Positions 8,612 to 18,689 of a stretch of DNA of 64,000 bases are shown here, piece after piece. How positions within the stretch are numbered: the first letter of the stretch is position 1; the number at the start of each line of letters is the position of its first letter. The translations under genes and the position numbers were made by a program. Under the pieces are notes generated by a model. It saw nothing but the letters and a program-made list of their open reading frames with translations, did not search any database and was not told the DNA's origin. This DNA comes from Bacillota bacterium (GTDB lineage Bacteria; Bacillota; Sulfobacillia; Fermentithermobacillales; Fermentithermobacillaceae): positions 6,311 through 70,310 of the forward strand of contig JAXGQX010000008.1 of the NCBI GenBank assembly GCA_040766225.1. The letters are read 5' to 3'.

Positions 8612-9664
8612 ATGCCTATAGACATGCTAGGCCTCATCAGCAGAGCTTTTCGTGAGGGAGCCTCCGATATCCACATCATCAAGGGAGCTCCTCCGACTCT
8701 AAGAATAGCAGGGCGGTTGATTTCGTCCGGGCTACCACTGGCAACAGACGAGACCCTAAGCGAGGCCGTGAGTTACTTGGCGGCGCACACCTCCCGGCCT
8801 GAGATCGCCAAACGAGAAGTTCAAGACCAAGAGTACGCTTTCGACCTGAGCTGCGAAGTCGAGGGCCTCGGCAGGATGAGGGTCCACATATTCCACGAAA
8901 AGGGCAGCCTTGGCGTGAGCCTCAGGCTCATAGCGAGTCAGGTGCCCGCGGTAGCGGAACTCGGTGTTCCAGACACCTTGGTGGACTTGTGTTCCCGGAG
9001 GGGCCTCATTTTGGTGACCGGCCCTGTGGGGTCGGGAAAGTCGACCACTCTGGCGGCACTAGTCCGCCACGCCCTGGAAAACCGCGGCTCGCGAGTCGTA
9101 ACCATTGAAGACCCCATTGAGTACCAGTTCCCCCACTTCAAGGGCATAGTCACCCAGAAGGAAGTCGGGCTGGACTGCGAGTCTTTCCACGAGGGTCTAG
9201 TGGATGCCTTGAGAGAAGACCCCGATATCATAGTCCTCGGTGAGTTGAGGGATCCCGCGTCCGCCGACGCTACGCTCGTTGCAGCCGAGACGGGACACCT
9301 GGTCATCGCCACCATGCATACCCCGTCGGCGGCCCGCGCGTTGGACCGTCTAGTGGACCTCTTTCCCACGGGACGGCAGGAACTGGCGAGGCACTCACTT
9401 TCCAGGGCTCTAAACGGCGTGTTCGTCGAGCGTCTCTTGCCTACACGCGACCGAAGCCGCAGGGTGCTGGCTTACGAACTCCTGGTGGCTCTGCCCGGGG
9501 TCCGCAACTTGATTCGCCGGGGCGAGTACCAGCAGATCAACTCGGCTATAGAAGCGGGGCAGAAAGTCGGAATGATTACTATGTCCAAACATATTCAAAA
9601 GTTGGTGTCTCAAGGGATAGTCTCCGCCGATGACGTAGTCGACGAGGTGGAGCCCGGTGAGTAA
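8612..9664 (+). CDS. pilT: Type IV pilus retraction ATPase PilT
   Basis: Intact 350-aa ORF. Contains ASDIHI, Walker A GPVGSGKSTT, EDPIEY, LGELRD, ETGHLVIATMHT and GMITM, all typical of PilT/PilU. Confidence 0.9.
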   Translation: MPIDMLGLISRAFREGASDIHIIKGAPPTLRIAGRLISSGLPLATDETLSEAVSYLAAHTSRPEIAKREVQDQEYAFDLSCEVEGLGRMRVHIFHEKGSLGVSLRLIASQVPAVAELGVPDTLVDLCSRRGLILVTGPVGSGKSTTLAALVRHALENRGSRVVTIEDPIEYQFPHFKGIVTQKEVGLDCESFHEGLVDALREDPDIIVLGELRDPASADATLVAAETGHLVIATMHTPSAARALDRLVDLFPTGRQELARHSLSRALNGVFVERLLPTRDRSRRVLAYELLVALPGVRNLIRRGEYQQINSAIEAGQKVGMITMSKHIQKLVSQGIVSADDVVDEVEPGE

Positions 9665-11365
9665 ACCTAATAGTGGGGTGGATCAGGGAGGCCGCATTGG
9701 CGCTATCCTCCTCAGCGAGGGGCTTGTGTCGGAACGGGTTTTGGCAAGGGCGGTCGACCTTCAGAAGCAGTCCGGCGGACGTTTGGGCGAAGTCCTGATC
9801 AGCATGGGAGCGGTCTCGGCTGCCCAGTTCTACCGCGCGCTGGCCAAGCAGCTTCAGGCCCCGTTCTGCGATTTGAGGGCGACCACACCCGACTCCGCCG
9901 CTCTGAAGCTGTTTACGGCGGCAGAGGCCAAGGCCTTTAGGGCGATTCCGCTCTTCATCAGGGGCAGCACCTTGGACGTGGCGGTCGAGAACCCCGCCGA
10001 TCTTAACCGTCTGGAATCCATCCGCGCCAAGACAGGCTACAGGGTGTTCCCGCACTTGGCTGTCCCCGAAGATATAGACCAGGCGATGCGGCGCTTCTAC
10101 GAGATCCCGGACACCGAAGGCTCAAAAGAACCCGGCAACCAGAAGAAGGAGTTCACGACCCAGGAAGCCGGAGTTTACCAGGCCCAGTCGGGCGACAGCC
10201 GGTTAGACGACTCTCCCGCTGCGGCTATGATAACCTCTTGTTCGAGGCCGCGCGGCGTGGCGCGTCGGACATCCACATCGAGCTCTTTACCGACAAGACC
10301 AAAGTGAGGTTCAGGATAGACGGCGTTTGGAGTCCGCGCGATTCCTGCGATGCACCATGAAGCCTTGATAACCCGCTGAAGGTTCTGGAAGTGATGGAAA
10401 TGCCGAGAAAAGGTTCTCTTTGATGGCCGGTTCTCGACAATCGATAACAGGAGATATGACCTTCGACTATCCACTTTTCCCACGGTTTTCGGCGAGAAGG
10501 CCGGTGCGCTCTTGGAGCAGACCACCGAGCACTGGATTTCGGTCGTCTTGGGTTGTCGCCTAATGTCATGGAACAGCTGGGCAAGGCGTTAGCCCTCCCG
10601 CACGGCCTGATCGTTGTAGGGGGTCCGACCGGAAGCGGAAAGTCCACTACTCTAGCCACGGCCCTAAACGTCGTGAACAAGCCGGGAAAGAACATAGTCA
10701 CCGTTGAAGACCCCGTGGAATACATAATCCCAGGGGTCAACCACACTCAGGTGAATACCAAGGCGGGCCTAAACTTTGCTACCGTTATCAGGCACATTCT
10801 CCGACAAGACCCTGACGTGATTATGGTAGGAGAGATCCGGGACTCGGAAACAGCCGAGATGGCTTTCCGTGCGGCCCTTACGGGTCACCTTGTTCTCACA
10901 ACCATTCACGCCAATGACGCTCTCTCGGTAATGACCAGGCTAGAAGACATGGGCGTGAACAGGTATCTGGCCCTGACCTCTATAGTCGCCATGTTCAGCC
11001 AGCGACTTGTGAGGACGATTTGTCCGTGGTGCAAGTACACCGAGACGGCTTCGGAGAAGGTCATTCACGACGTCGTGGGTTAAGTGAATTCCCGAAGGTG
11101 AGAAGGTCTCGGTGGTCGCGACTACCAGGCCCTGCAGAGCAGGGTGCCCGGACAGAGCCTATAAACGGAGGACGGCAATATCCGGAATGATACTTGTTAA
11201 CGATGATTTTCGGCGACGCTACTTGGAGTCAGGCGATCCAAAATTCCGACCCCATGTCAACCCCCGAGGCGTCACGAAGGGCTTTCTGGCTGACGGGCAC
11301 GGGCAGATAAGCGGTTAACTACATGGGACGAAGTTCTCAGCGTTTTTAGGACCGGTCAAGACTAG
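9657..11365 (+). pseudogene. pilB: Type IV pilus assembly ATPase PilB/GspE, heavily frame-broken
   Basis: ORF 9657..10307 gives the T2SSE_N domain (GEVLISMGAVSAAQFYRALAKQL, AIPLFIRGSTLDVAVENP). The following are readable only by switching frame at least 5 times: GASDIHIELFTDKTKVRFRIDG, IPAMHHEALITR, AEKR, DGRFSTIDNRRYDLRLSTFPTVFGEKA, LDFGRLGLSPNVMEQL. The core is ORF 10553..11083 (GPTGSGKSTTL, VEDPVEY, GEIRD, TGHLVLTTIH). The tail DKRLTTWDEVLSVFRTGQD ends at TAG 11363-11365. Confidence 0.85.
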
Positions 11366-11444
11366 ACGTTAATTTGACTCTAGATGCAGGATCTGCTATT
11401 TGCGCGACGAACGATAGCAGAAGCGGAGAAGCGGAGGGATAGGG

Positions 11445-12620
11445 TTGGCTCTATATGAGTATCGGGCGATCAACAAGGAGACGGAGCCCGGGTAACTGAC
11501 AAGGTTCAAGTAGACGACAGCGCCCCTGTTCCTTCAGTGGACAGCGAACCGGCAGGGACTGCTGGTCACCTCCGTGAAAAAGGCAGGTTCCGAGAGCTGT
11601 TTGGCGGCTTTTTCCGGCGTGCCACCGTCAGCAAAGTAGACAAAGGAATGGCCATGATGGAACTGGGACCTTGAAGGCCGGCATACCCCTAAAGACTGCC
11701 CTCGAACGTTTGGCGGCCGAGGCAAACGAAAGCGGAGTAGGCGCTCCCATCCGTGCCGCAGCCGGAAGCCTAGAACAAGGAATGTCGTTTAGCCAGGCCG
11801 TGTCCGCTCATAAAGCACTTTTCGATGCGTGGGAAGTCCAGGCTATCGAGGCCGCTGAAGCTGTCGTACCTGCATGAGTCCCTAACCTACAGGCGAACAA
11901 GCGCTTAAGTCCCACGACTTCGACCCGGGCGTCAAGTCCGCGATGATTTACCCGGCTTTCGTAATGGTCGTTGCAGTAGCGGTCATTCTGCTGATGTTGT
12001 TTTTCGTAATTCCAGCCTTTTTCGATCTGTTGGGACCGAGAACCTGCCACGATTCACAGTAATGCTTCTTGCCCCGTCCAACTTCATGAGAGCCAACTGG
12101 CTGCGGATATTGGGCGTTCTGATTGGTGGCCTTCCTCATCGCCAGGCGGCTCCTGAAGAAGGAAGACACCAGGTTCATGAGAGAGTTGCCTTAGAATCCC
12201 CGGTTGGGGTCGCATCCTTAGAACCTTTATCTGGTTAGGTTTGGGAAGACCTTCGCGACCTTGCTTGAAAGCGGTGCGAGAGTCTTGCCAGCGCTCGAAT
12301 ACCAGCGCCGAAGGTCGGCTCGGCGCTCTACATAAAAGCGTCGTTCATCAGGAAGGAGGTAGAGAGAGAGGAAGAATCGGTGACTCCATGCGCAAGACAG
12401 GGTCTTTCCGGCGCTTTTTCTGCGAACTTGCAGCCGCGGGAGTCGAGTGGTACCCTTCCAGAGATGGTCTCGAAGGCTGCCACTTTCTACGAAGGTGAAG
12501 TCAACCGGATGTTAAGTTCCTTGTCTTCCTTGCAGGAACCTATACTATAGCGATAGTTGGAGTCATCGGTAGGTTCTTGAAGGCGATCACGATCATGGGA
12601 CCGATTTTGAGAAGTGGTAG
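11445..12620 (+). pseudogene. pilC: Type IV pilus platform protein PilC/GspF, frame-broken
   Basis: TTG 11445 lies 6 nt after GGAGGG and reads ALYEYRAINKE (the typical PilC start). Also present: ORF 11671..11877 (KAGIPLKTALERLA ... GMSFSQAVSAHKALFD), FGKTFATLLESGARVLPALE (~12240), ATFYEGEVNRMLSSLSSLQEPIL (~12475), IAIVGVIVG. These lie in several different frames. The end coordinate is approximate. Confidence 0.7.
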
Positions 12621-12706
12621 AAGTACTATCGTAGAGTCTTGCAGGTTTTATGGCATATGGGTACATAAGCGTACCAACAAACTGAGAAAGACCGAGGGAA
12701 AAGAGA

Positions 12707-13157
12707 GTGAAGAAGCGGAGAATTCTTAGGTCAGAACGGGGTTTCACGTTGGTCGAGCTTGGTATTGTCATGGCCATCATCGCCATTTTGGCGGCCGTGG
12801 CGTATCCGACGTACAAGGATGAGGAGAGGGCTTATATTGCCGAGGCCAAGCCAGCCTGCAAGAAGCAAGAGTGACCATATGGGCTACGTTTGTTGAGTAT
12901 GGCGAAAGTGGCCTGGTCAGTACATCACGGGAGAAGGCGGCCCAACAGTGCCTGCGGTTCCTGCGCCCGCCGCATCTAATGGATGGTCGTATACTATGAC
13001 AGGCGTGAATGGTGATGGCGATTTCGTCGTAACGGCCACAAGAGGCTCAACAACAGTCAAGATGACTCTAACGTCCGAAGGCACTATAACTTTTGAAACC
13101 ACTCAGGACAGGTTAGGTGCCCAGACTGGTGTGTCTTACAGACTGAATCTGGTGTGA
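12707..13157 (+). pseudogene. Type IV (pseudo)pilin with prepilin leader, frame-broken after ~55 codons
   Basis: GTG 12707 reads VKKRRILRSERG|FTLVELGIVMAIIAILAAVAYPTY, the class III signal peptide and methylation motif G-FTLVE. The frame stops at 12872-12874. The plausible C-terminal part continues in ORF 12948..13157. Confidence 0.7.
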
Positions 13158-13172
13158 GGTGCGAGGCAACTC

Positions 13173-14090
13173 ATGAATCAACGTGGCTCTATTCTCCTGA
13201 GACGGTGATACTGCTAGGCTTGCTGTCCGTTTGTCCATGCTAATTCTCATAGGTCAACGGTATTCATGACTGCGCGTTCGCGCAAGAAGACGCAAGGGTT
13301 CAGGCTATGGCCGCGCGGATTCACAGGACATGCGGACGAAGTGGACCTACGACGTGACCACGAGTCCAGTCAGGTTCACAACGACCGCATTTGACGATGA
13401 AGGTGGATAAAGGAAGGTTACTTACAGTATCACCAACCTGATAACACCAAGCCGGATCTGTACCAGGTAGAGATATGGATCAATGACAAGACAGATAAGA
13501 CTGTCTACAAGACGCTCTCTCAGGTATGGGTGACACCAGGGTTAGCGGCTTTGTGGGATGACAAGCGAAGCGAAGGTGTTAGATAGAATGAAGCCTGCTT
13601 TGTTCGTCCTGGAGCAGATCAACCGGGTTCACTGGCTGAGATGGCCGTCGGTCTGGCCGTCGGGATGTTCGTGCTGTCTCCACAATAAGTTTCTTTCCCG
13701 TACTATTGGGGTAGTTCAAACTAAACATCGAGCGTGATATCCGGGGATCAGGGTATGATGGCGGTTGAAACCATATAGAGAGAGAATTCCGGAAGGTTTC
13801 GGGAATACGGAGGCAGCCTTAGACACACTACCGCTAGCGAGGTTACGGCGATAGGTAATGGACATACGATTAGCATAAAGAAAGTGGAACAAACATTGAG
13901 CTAACGGTGGACGGCGATACCAAGACATTTTCTCGCTGTAAGGATCTGGAGGTAGAGCCCATACTTGAGGGTACTAAGGCAAGGGTAATCGTGATCAAGT
14001 TCGTATTGGGGGATGACAAGCATGAGAAATCCTTCAAGGCCGCTTTTTCGGCAGGTAATAGGATCGCAACCAGACGATTTCGTTGTCTCG
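13173..14090 (+). pseudogene. Two minor-pilin-like genes, fragmented
   Basis: Prepilin-like N-termini are at ~13173-13250 (NQRGSIL-PETVILLGLLSV across a frame shift) and at 13625-13680 (GFTLAEMAVGLAVGMFVLS). No ORF longer than ~110 codons spans the interval on this strand. Confidence 0.45.
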
Positions 14091-14092
14091 GC

Positions 14093-14666
14093 ATGGACCA
14101 AACCGGATCTGTTCTTGCAGCGGGTATTGTCATATTGGGGATTTTCGCGGTCCTATTTGCCGCCGGGGTTAGGCATGAGGGTAGCGCCCAAGAACTAGAT
14201 ATATTCATCGCCTCAATCGCAAAGCCCTTGACATAGCCCGGGGCGGGGTCGACCGGCTATTGATGGAGTTCAGCGAGGACTACGAAATAGCTGACTGCAC
14301 GACCGGTGACCTCCCCGCCCCGGACTACCAATCGACGTTGCACTCCAAAGCCACTAAGTCTGTTTCAGGTGCGGTTACTTTGACCTCCATTGCTACGGTG
14401 GCAGGGTTGGAGAGACGGTATCAGTTATTTTGGAGCCATCGGCAGGGTTGTTTGAGGCCTTTTTGGAGAGAGAACACTGCAACGGGGGAACTGTCACCGC
14501 AAAGAACAACTCAGAAGGGTCTGTCGATAGTCCTGCTCTACGCGGTAACCTGGTTCGCGTGCGAAACGCAAAGATTACGATCCCCAACTCAGTAGGAACG
14601 ATTGACATCCCTACAGTGGAAGAAGTTGAGAGCGCCATTTCTGACCGGTTTGCTCTCCAGACGTGA
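14093..14666 (+). pseudogene. PilX_N-like N-terminal part (frame-broken), probably belonging to the downstream beta-helix ORF
   Basis: ATG 14093 reads MDQTGSVLAAGIVILGIFAVLFAAG, a PilX-N-type anchor. Fragments 14260..14595 and 14430..14666 continue colinearly in other frames. The last fragment overlaps GTG 14663 by 4 nt. Confidence 0.4.
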
Positions 14667-15478
14667 CCTACTCCCAGACCGTCAATGCCATACCCACTAG
14701 CACCGTTACGCAGAACACGTTTGTTACCAAGAATTCTCACACGTTCAACTCAACCACTCAGATAAACGTTGCCGAGGGTGCTTGGCGAGGGTTGAAGTCC
14801 ATCACCATCGGCGATGGTGCTAACGTGCGTCTTAACGGTGACTTCGAAGTGGATAAGATCAACAGCGGGACGAATGTGGCGTTCGATTTCCAACTCGACG
14901 GAACGCTCGTAGTAAACGGCAGTGTTAGCATCAGCAACAACAGCGAAGGCACTATCGTCCTGAACGGTGACCTCATCATAAACGGCGGGTCGCTCAGTTT
15001 TGTGAACAACACGAAGATCGACTTGATCCTCAACGGAAACATAGTAGTGCTTGGTGGAAATGTCGTGTTCGGAAACCGTAACACGACTAGCATCATTGGC
15101 CGGGGAATGATCATCACAGTCCCACCCGAAGGTACCTCGGGGATTGTGGCTTCGAACAACTCTACTCTGAACATCGGCAGACCCGGAGTTGGGACCACTC
15201 AGCTATCAATGATCACTACTGGCAAGGCGGACATGGAGAACAACGGTACTTTCTATGGTTCCCTCCTTCTGTACGGCAAGGATGTCACGTTCTTGAACAA
15301 CTGCGACGTGACAGCGAACACGGCGTCCGTTGTGTCGCCTGGCAACATCGAGTTCGCGAACAACTGCGATGTGACGCTAAGGCGGGGTGCTTTTGAGGAT
15401 TGGGAGGGTCATCCCGACCTTGAGGGTGAGGGGTTTGGGGAATACCACGTAGTGAGTTGGAAGGAAGGCAATAACTGA
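14663..15478 (+). CDS. Asn/Gly-rich beta-helix-like protein inside the pilus operon
   Basis: Intact 271-aa ORF. It shows periodic hydrophobic/Asn/Gly strands (LVVNGSVSISNNSEGTIVLNGDLIINGGSLSFVNNTKIDLILNGNIVVLGGNVVFGN ...) and a duplicated NNCDVT motif. Position is between the minor pilins and pilM. Confidence 0.55.
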   Translation: MTYSQTVNAIPTSTVTQNTFVTKNSHTFNSTTQINVAEGAWRGLKSITIGDGANVRLNGDFEVDKINSGTNVAFDFQLDGTLVVNGSVSISNNSEGTIVLNGDLIINGGSLSFVNNTKIDLILNGNIVVLGGNVVFGNRNTTSIIGRGMIITVPPEGTSGIVASNNSTLNIGRPGVGTTQLSMITTGKADMENNGTFYGSLLLYGKDVTFLNNCDVTANTASVVSPGNIEFANNCDVTLRRGAFEDWEGHPDLEGEGFGEYHVVSWKEGNN

Positions 15479-15550
15479 GATTAGAGCAATCCTCAGCACC
15501 GATGTGCGATTACGAGACTCTGTACGGTTACCAAGCGGAGGTGACTTCTT

Positions 15551-16699
15551 GTGGCAGTCCCAAAAGGGACAAGCATAGGGATTGATCTTTCGAACCCGGT
15601 TCGAGTTGTGGCATTTTCTGAGGAGTCAGGTCAGGTGGTGTCGGCGTTCACAGCAAAGACACCTTTTGATTCCGGCTCGAAGCCTAGGCTCAAAGAGCTT
15701 GCCTCCGAGATAAAGGCTTTCCGCAAGACCCTGCGGACTAGACTCTCCGGCACTGCGGGACTCCCGATGTCGGCCTGCCTTCTTTTCACTGTGGCAATGC
15801 CGAAGCTGAACAAGAAGGAGTTCCATAAAGCTATCCAGTTCGAGATCGAGCGGTTGGTCCCGGGCGGACCGGATAGCATGAGAGTAGTCATCAGGGAATG
15901 GCCACAAGGAATTCCACTTCCTCCGTCGGTTAATGTACCGGAAGGCACTACACTGTACCTTGTGGTGGCCGCGAACGTACAGGCGGTTCGCTCTGCCGAG
16001 TATATTATGAAGGATGCCGGCATTCGCGCGTTGGGAGTGGAGATGCCTGCCAATCCCGCTTCCCGAGCTAGTTGGTGGCTATGGGAACGAACTCGATCTG
16101 AGCAACCCGAGTCCATGCCGGATCGTGAGCGGGCCAAGACCGTCTCGAACTCTGATAGTAAGACCCCCGAAACCGGCGCCTATATGCCCTGGGTCACCCA
16201 CGGCAACGGGGCGCTTTCTAGCCCTGTTTTGGAAGGCCCGAGTTCCCCGACTGCCTCCACTTCAACCGCAGTCCCCGAACCAGCGGGGGATGCGGAGGCG
16301 GGTCAAGGAGATTTCGGAGACGTTCTTCCGGGTGCAAACCTGGACATATCCCTGGTCGCATCTGCCTCAGAAGCCATCATGTACCTCAGTTATGGGGCGT
16401 GTCCTTGGCTCATGCGCGAGATACCTCTGGATCCGGACAACCCGTTTGTTAACGGTCAGATTCTTGCGGGTGAGATTACTAGGTCAACGAGGTTTGCGAG
16501 AACCGCGTCCAAAGGACGTATCGATGGGCGAGTGACGGTGTTTGGCGCTTCTGACAGGGTTAGTTTCCTGACCGATTTCCTACAAGAACAGACGGGGCTT
16601 CCGACCCGGTTGTGGGGGCATCCTGGGATTGACTCTGATCCCGAATACGGCGTAGCAATAGGGCTGGCTCTCTCGTCAGAGGGGAGGGCGAAATCGTGA
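15551..16699 (+). CDS. pilM: Type IV pilus assembly protein PilM (actin-like ATPase fold)
   Basis: Intact 382-aa ORF. Contains SIGIDLSNPVRVVAF and KKEFHKAIQFEIERLVPGG, typical of the PilM N-terminal half. Contains a Pro/Ser/Ala-rich insertion (~16110-16330). The stop overlaps the next gene by 4 nt. Confidence 0.7.
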   Translation: MAVPKGTSIGIDLSNPVRVVAFSEESGQVVSAFTAKTPFDSGSKPRLKELASEIKAFRKTLRTRLSGTAGLPMSACLLFTVAMPKLNKKEFHKAIQFEIERLVPGGPDSMRVVIREWPQGIPLPPSVNVPEGTTLYLVVAANVQAVRSAEYIMKDAGIRALGVEMPANPASRASWWLWERTRSEQPESMPDRERAKTVSNSDSKTPETGAYMPWVTHGNGALSSPVLEGPSSPTASTSTAVPEPAGDAEAGQGDFGDVLPGANLDISLVASASEAIMYLSYGACPWLMREIPLDPDNPFVNGQILAGEITRSTRFARTASKGRIDGRVTVFGASDRVSFLTDFLQEQTGLPTRLWGHPGIDSDPEYGVAIGLALSSEGRAKS

Positions 16700-17031
16700 G
16701 CACGATTGTCCCGAGCAGCGGCAGAAACCTTCAGCCCCACATGAACTTCCTGAAGCCGGACTTTAGAGCCAGTTCTGAGGAACGGCAGCGTTCCGCATCA
16801 GACGTCACACGCCTTATGTTCTTGGGAGTCGCGCTCGCCGTGTGGGCGATGTTGGGTCTCAAGGTTTGGGACATAAACCTCGTGATGGCCGAGCGCCGCC
16901 CTGACGAAATCGAAAAAGCCCGACTATCACAGGAAATTGCCAATTTGCAGGCGATATTGAGCAAGGCTCCTCCGGCGTGCTCGAACGCCCGCGAGGACCT
17001 CTACACACAGGTTAGTAGTCCGAGCGTTTGA
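16696..17031 (+). CDS. pilN: PilN-like pilus assembly membrane protein; the true C-terminus probably continues to ~17275 in other frames
   Basis: MNFLKPDFRASSE followed by a TM helix (LMFLGVALAVWAMLGLKVW) and a coiled segment. Downstream strings (GTVELSGLVSNPQG, VTEVREAALYDEEDVWTGYYFQISFS) look like the PilN C-terminal domain but are out of frame. Confidence 0.5.
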   Translation: MSTIVPSSGRNLQPHMNFLKPDFRASSEERQRSASDVTRLMFLGVALAVWAMLGLKVWDINLVMAERRPDEIEKARLSQEIANLQAILSKAPPACSNAREDLYTQVSSPSV

Positions 17032-17206
17032 CCACAACAAGCCGACTCGCTTCATCTGGCGTTGCTTTTGGAGGTTACAGAGCGCTGGAAGACGGGACCG
17101 TCGAACTGAGCGGACTTGTCTCGAACCCTCAGGGATGTATGGCACTGTCCTAGATGACATCAGTGAGCCGACTTCGTGACTGAAGTGAGGGAGGCAGCTC
17201 TGTACG

Positions 17207-17858
17207 ATGAAGAGGATGTCTGGACGGGGTACTACTTCCAGATATCCTTCAGTACCGTGCCGCGAGAAGCAAAGTAGTACGATATCGGGGTTGACTGTGA
17301 CAGCAACTCATCGCCAAAACTATCTGACCGCCAGCACAATACTCGTGGTGATCATTGCGTTTCTGGGCGTCGGTATCCTTGTACGCAAACAACAGGTACA
17401 ACCAGGAACTGGAGGCAAACAACGAACCCGCGTGGAGCTGTCCCTTATGAGGGCTACGCAGACCAACCTGGAGAAGTCGGTGGCGCATCTCGACCTACTT
17501 CCGCCGCTTGCCGACGCTGATTGGGAGAAGGTACTGACCGATCAGGATCAACGCCGCTGCTGTCCAAGCTGGGTACGCATCACGAACCTTACCTACTCCT
17601 CGCGAGTCGATGAAAACGAGGGTGGTGTTGGCTCCATAGATTTTGTTGGAAGTGGAGGGCAACGATGTGGCGCAGGCCAAATGCTTAGCCCTTCTCGAAC
17701 AGAGTGTCGTCGGGATGCGGTTTTTCGAAATTGAGATCCTCGGAGGCGGTGAATCCTACTACCAGAATATCCTCGCCAACTATAGAAGCGGGAGAATCGG
17801 GTTCGATATGATGAGAGTAACAGGCTGCGTATATCGGACAACGGAGGGAACCTCATAG
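17207..17858 (+). pseudogene. PilO-like or unassigned pilus assembly membrane protein, one frame break near 17640
   Basis: ORFs 17207..17734 (TM helix ILVVIIAFLGVGILV) and 17643..17858 are colinear. Assignment rests on position between pilN and pilD only. Confidence 0.3.
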
Positions 17859-18674
17859 GTGCTCCAACCTTTCTCGGGCCTCCCTGAGTTCTCTGGGCGC
17901 TCCCGGTCCAGTCGACGCCATCATCTTCGTCATCGGCCTTGCCTTCGGCAGCTTCGGCGGCATGCTTGCTTCCAGGGTCCCGAGAAGCTTCGCGCCGACC
18001 GGTAGGTCCCAGTGCCCCACTGTGGGCGGTGTTATCGCCGTCGGAACTGATCCCCGTGGTCAGTTACCTCATCCAGAAGGGACGCTGCAAGCACTGCGGA
18101 GAGAGGATCAGCGGCGGCTATTTGCTGGTGGAGTTGTCCACCGCCGTGACCTTCGTGCTGTTCTACCGCTACTTTGGGCTTAACATCGTAGGAATCCTCA
18201 ACATGATCCTGGCTCTCCATTTCACCGTGTTGGCCGGAATCCGATATGATGCACGGTCTTTTGCCAAAACCGCGTTGCTTCATCTGGCCTGGCGTTTGCG
18301 CTGATGCTCAGGATAGCCGCCCCGCTCCACGCTCATGCGCAGGGACTTTTACCCTTCTCTCAACCCCTGTGGGCAGGGCGCTTTGGGCGAGCCTTCGAGA
18401 CGGCCTAATAGGGGCGGCCTTGCTTCCTGGCTTCTTGTACCTTGTGGCCCTGGTGAAGTCCGGCGCCATGGGCGGCGGCGACATCAAAATGGCTGCTCTC
18501 ATCGGCTTCTACCTCGGGGCCTGGAAGGCTCCCCGCTCTCGGACTGGGATTCGTCCTCTCATCGGTCTATGCGATACCTATGATGATCTCAGGCAAACTG
18601 AAGCGAACCGATACCTACCTCTGGAATCTTCCTCTCGCTGGCTACGCTCATCCTCGCTTTTAGCTAAGTTCTGA
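17859..18674 (+). pseudogene. pilD: Prepilin peptidase PilD (A24 family), frame-broken
   Basis: Four family-typical strings lie in different frames: IIFVIGLAFGSFGGMLASRVP; LIPVVSYLIQKGRCKHCGERISGGYLLVELSTAVTFVLFY; LPGFLYLVALVKSGAMGGGDIKMAALIGFYLG. Confidence 0.7.
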
Positions 18675-18689
18675 TCTCTCGCCGCGCTT

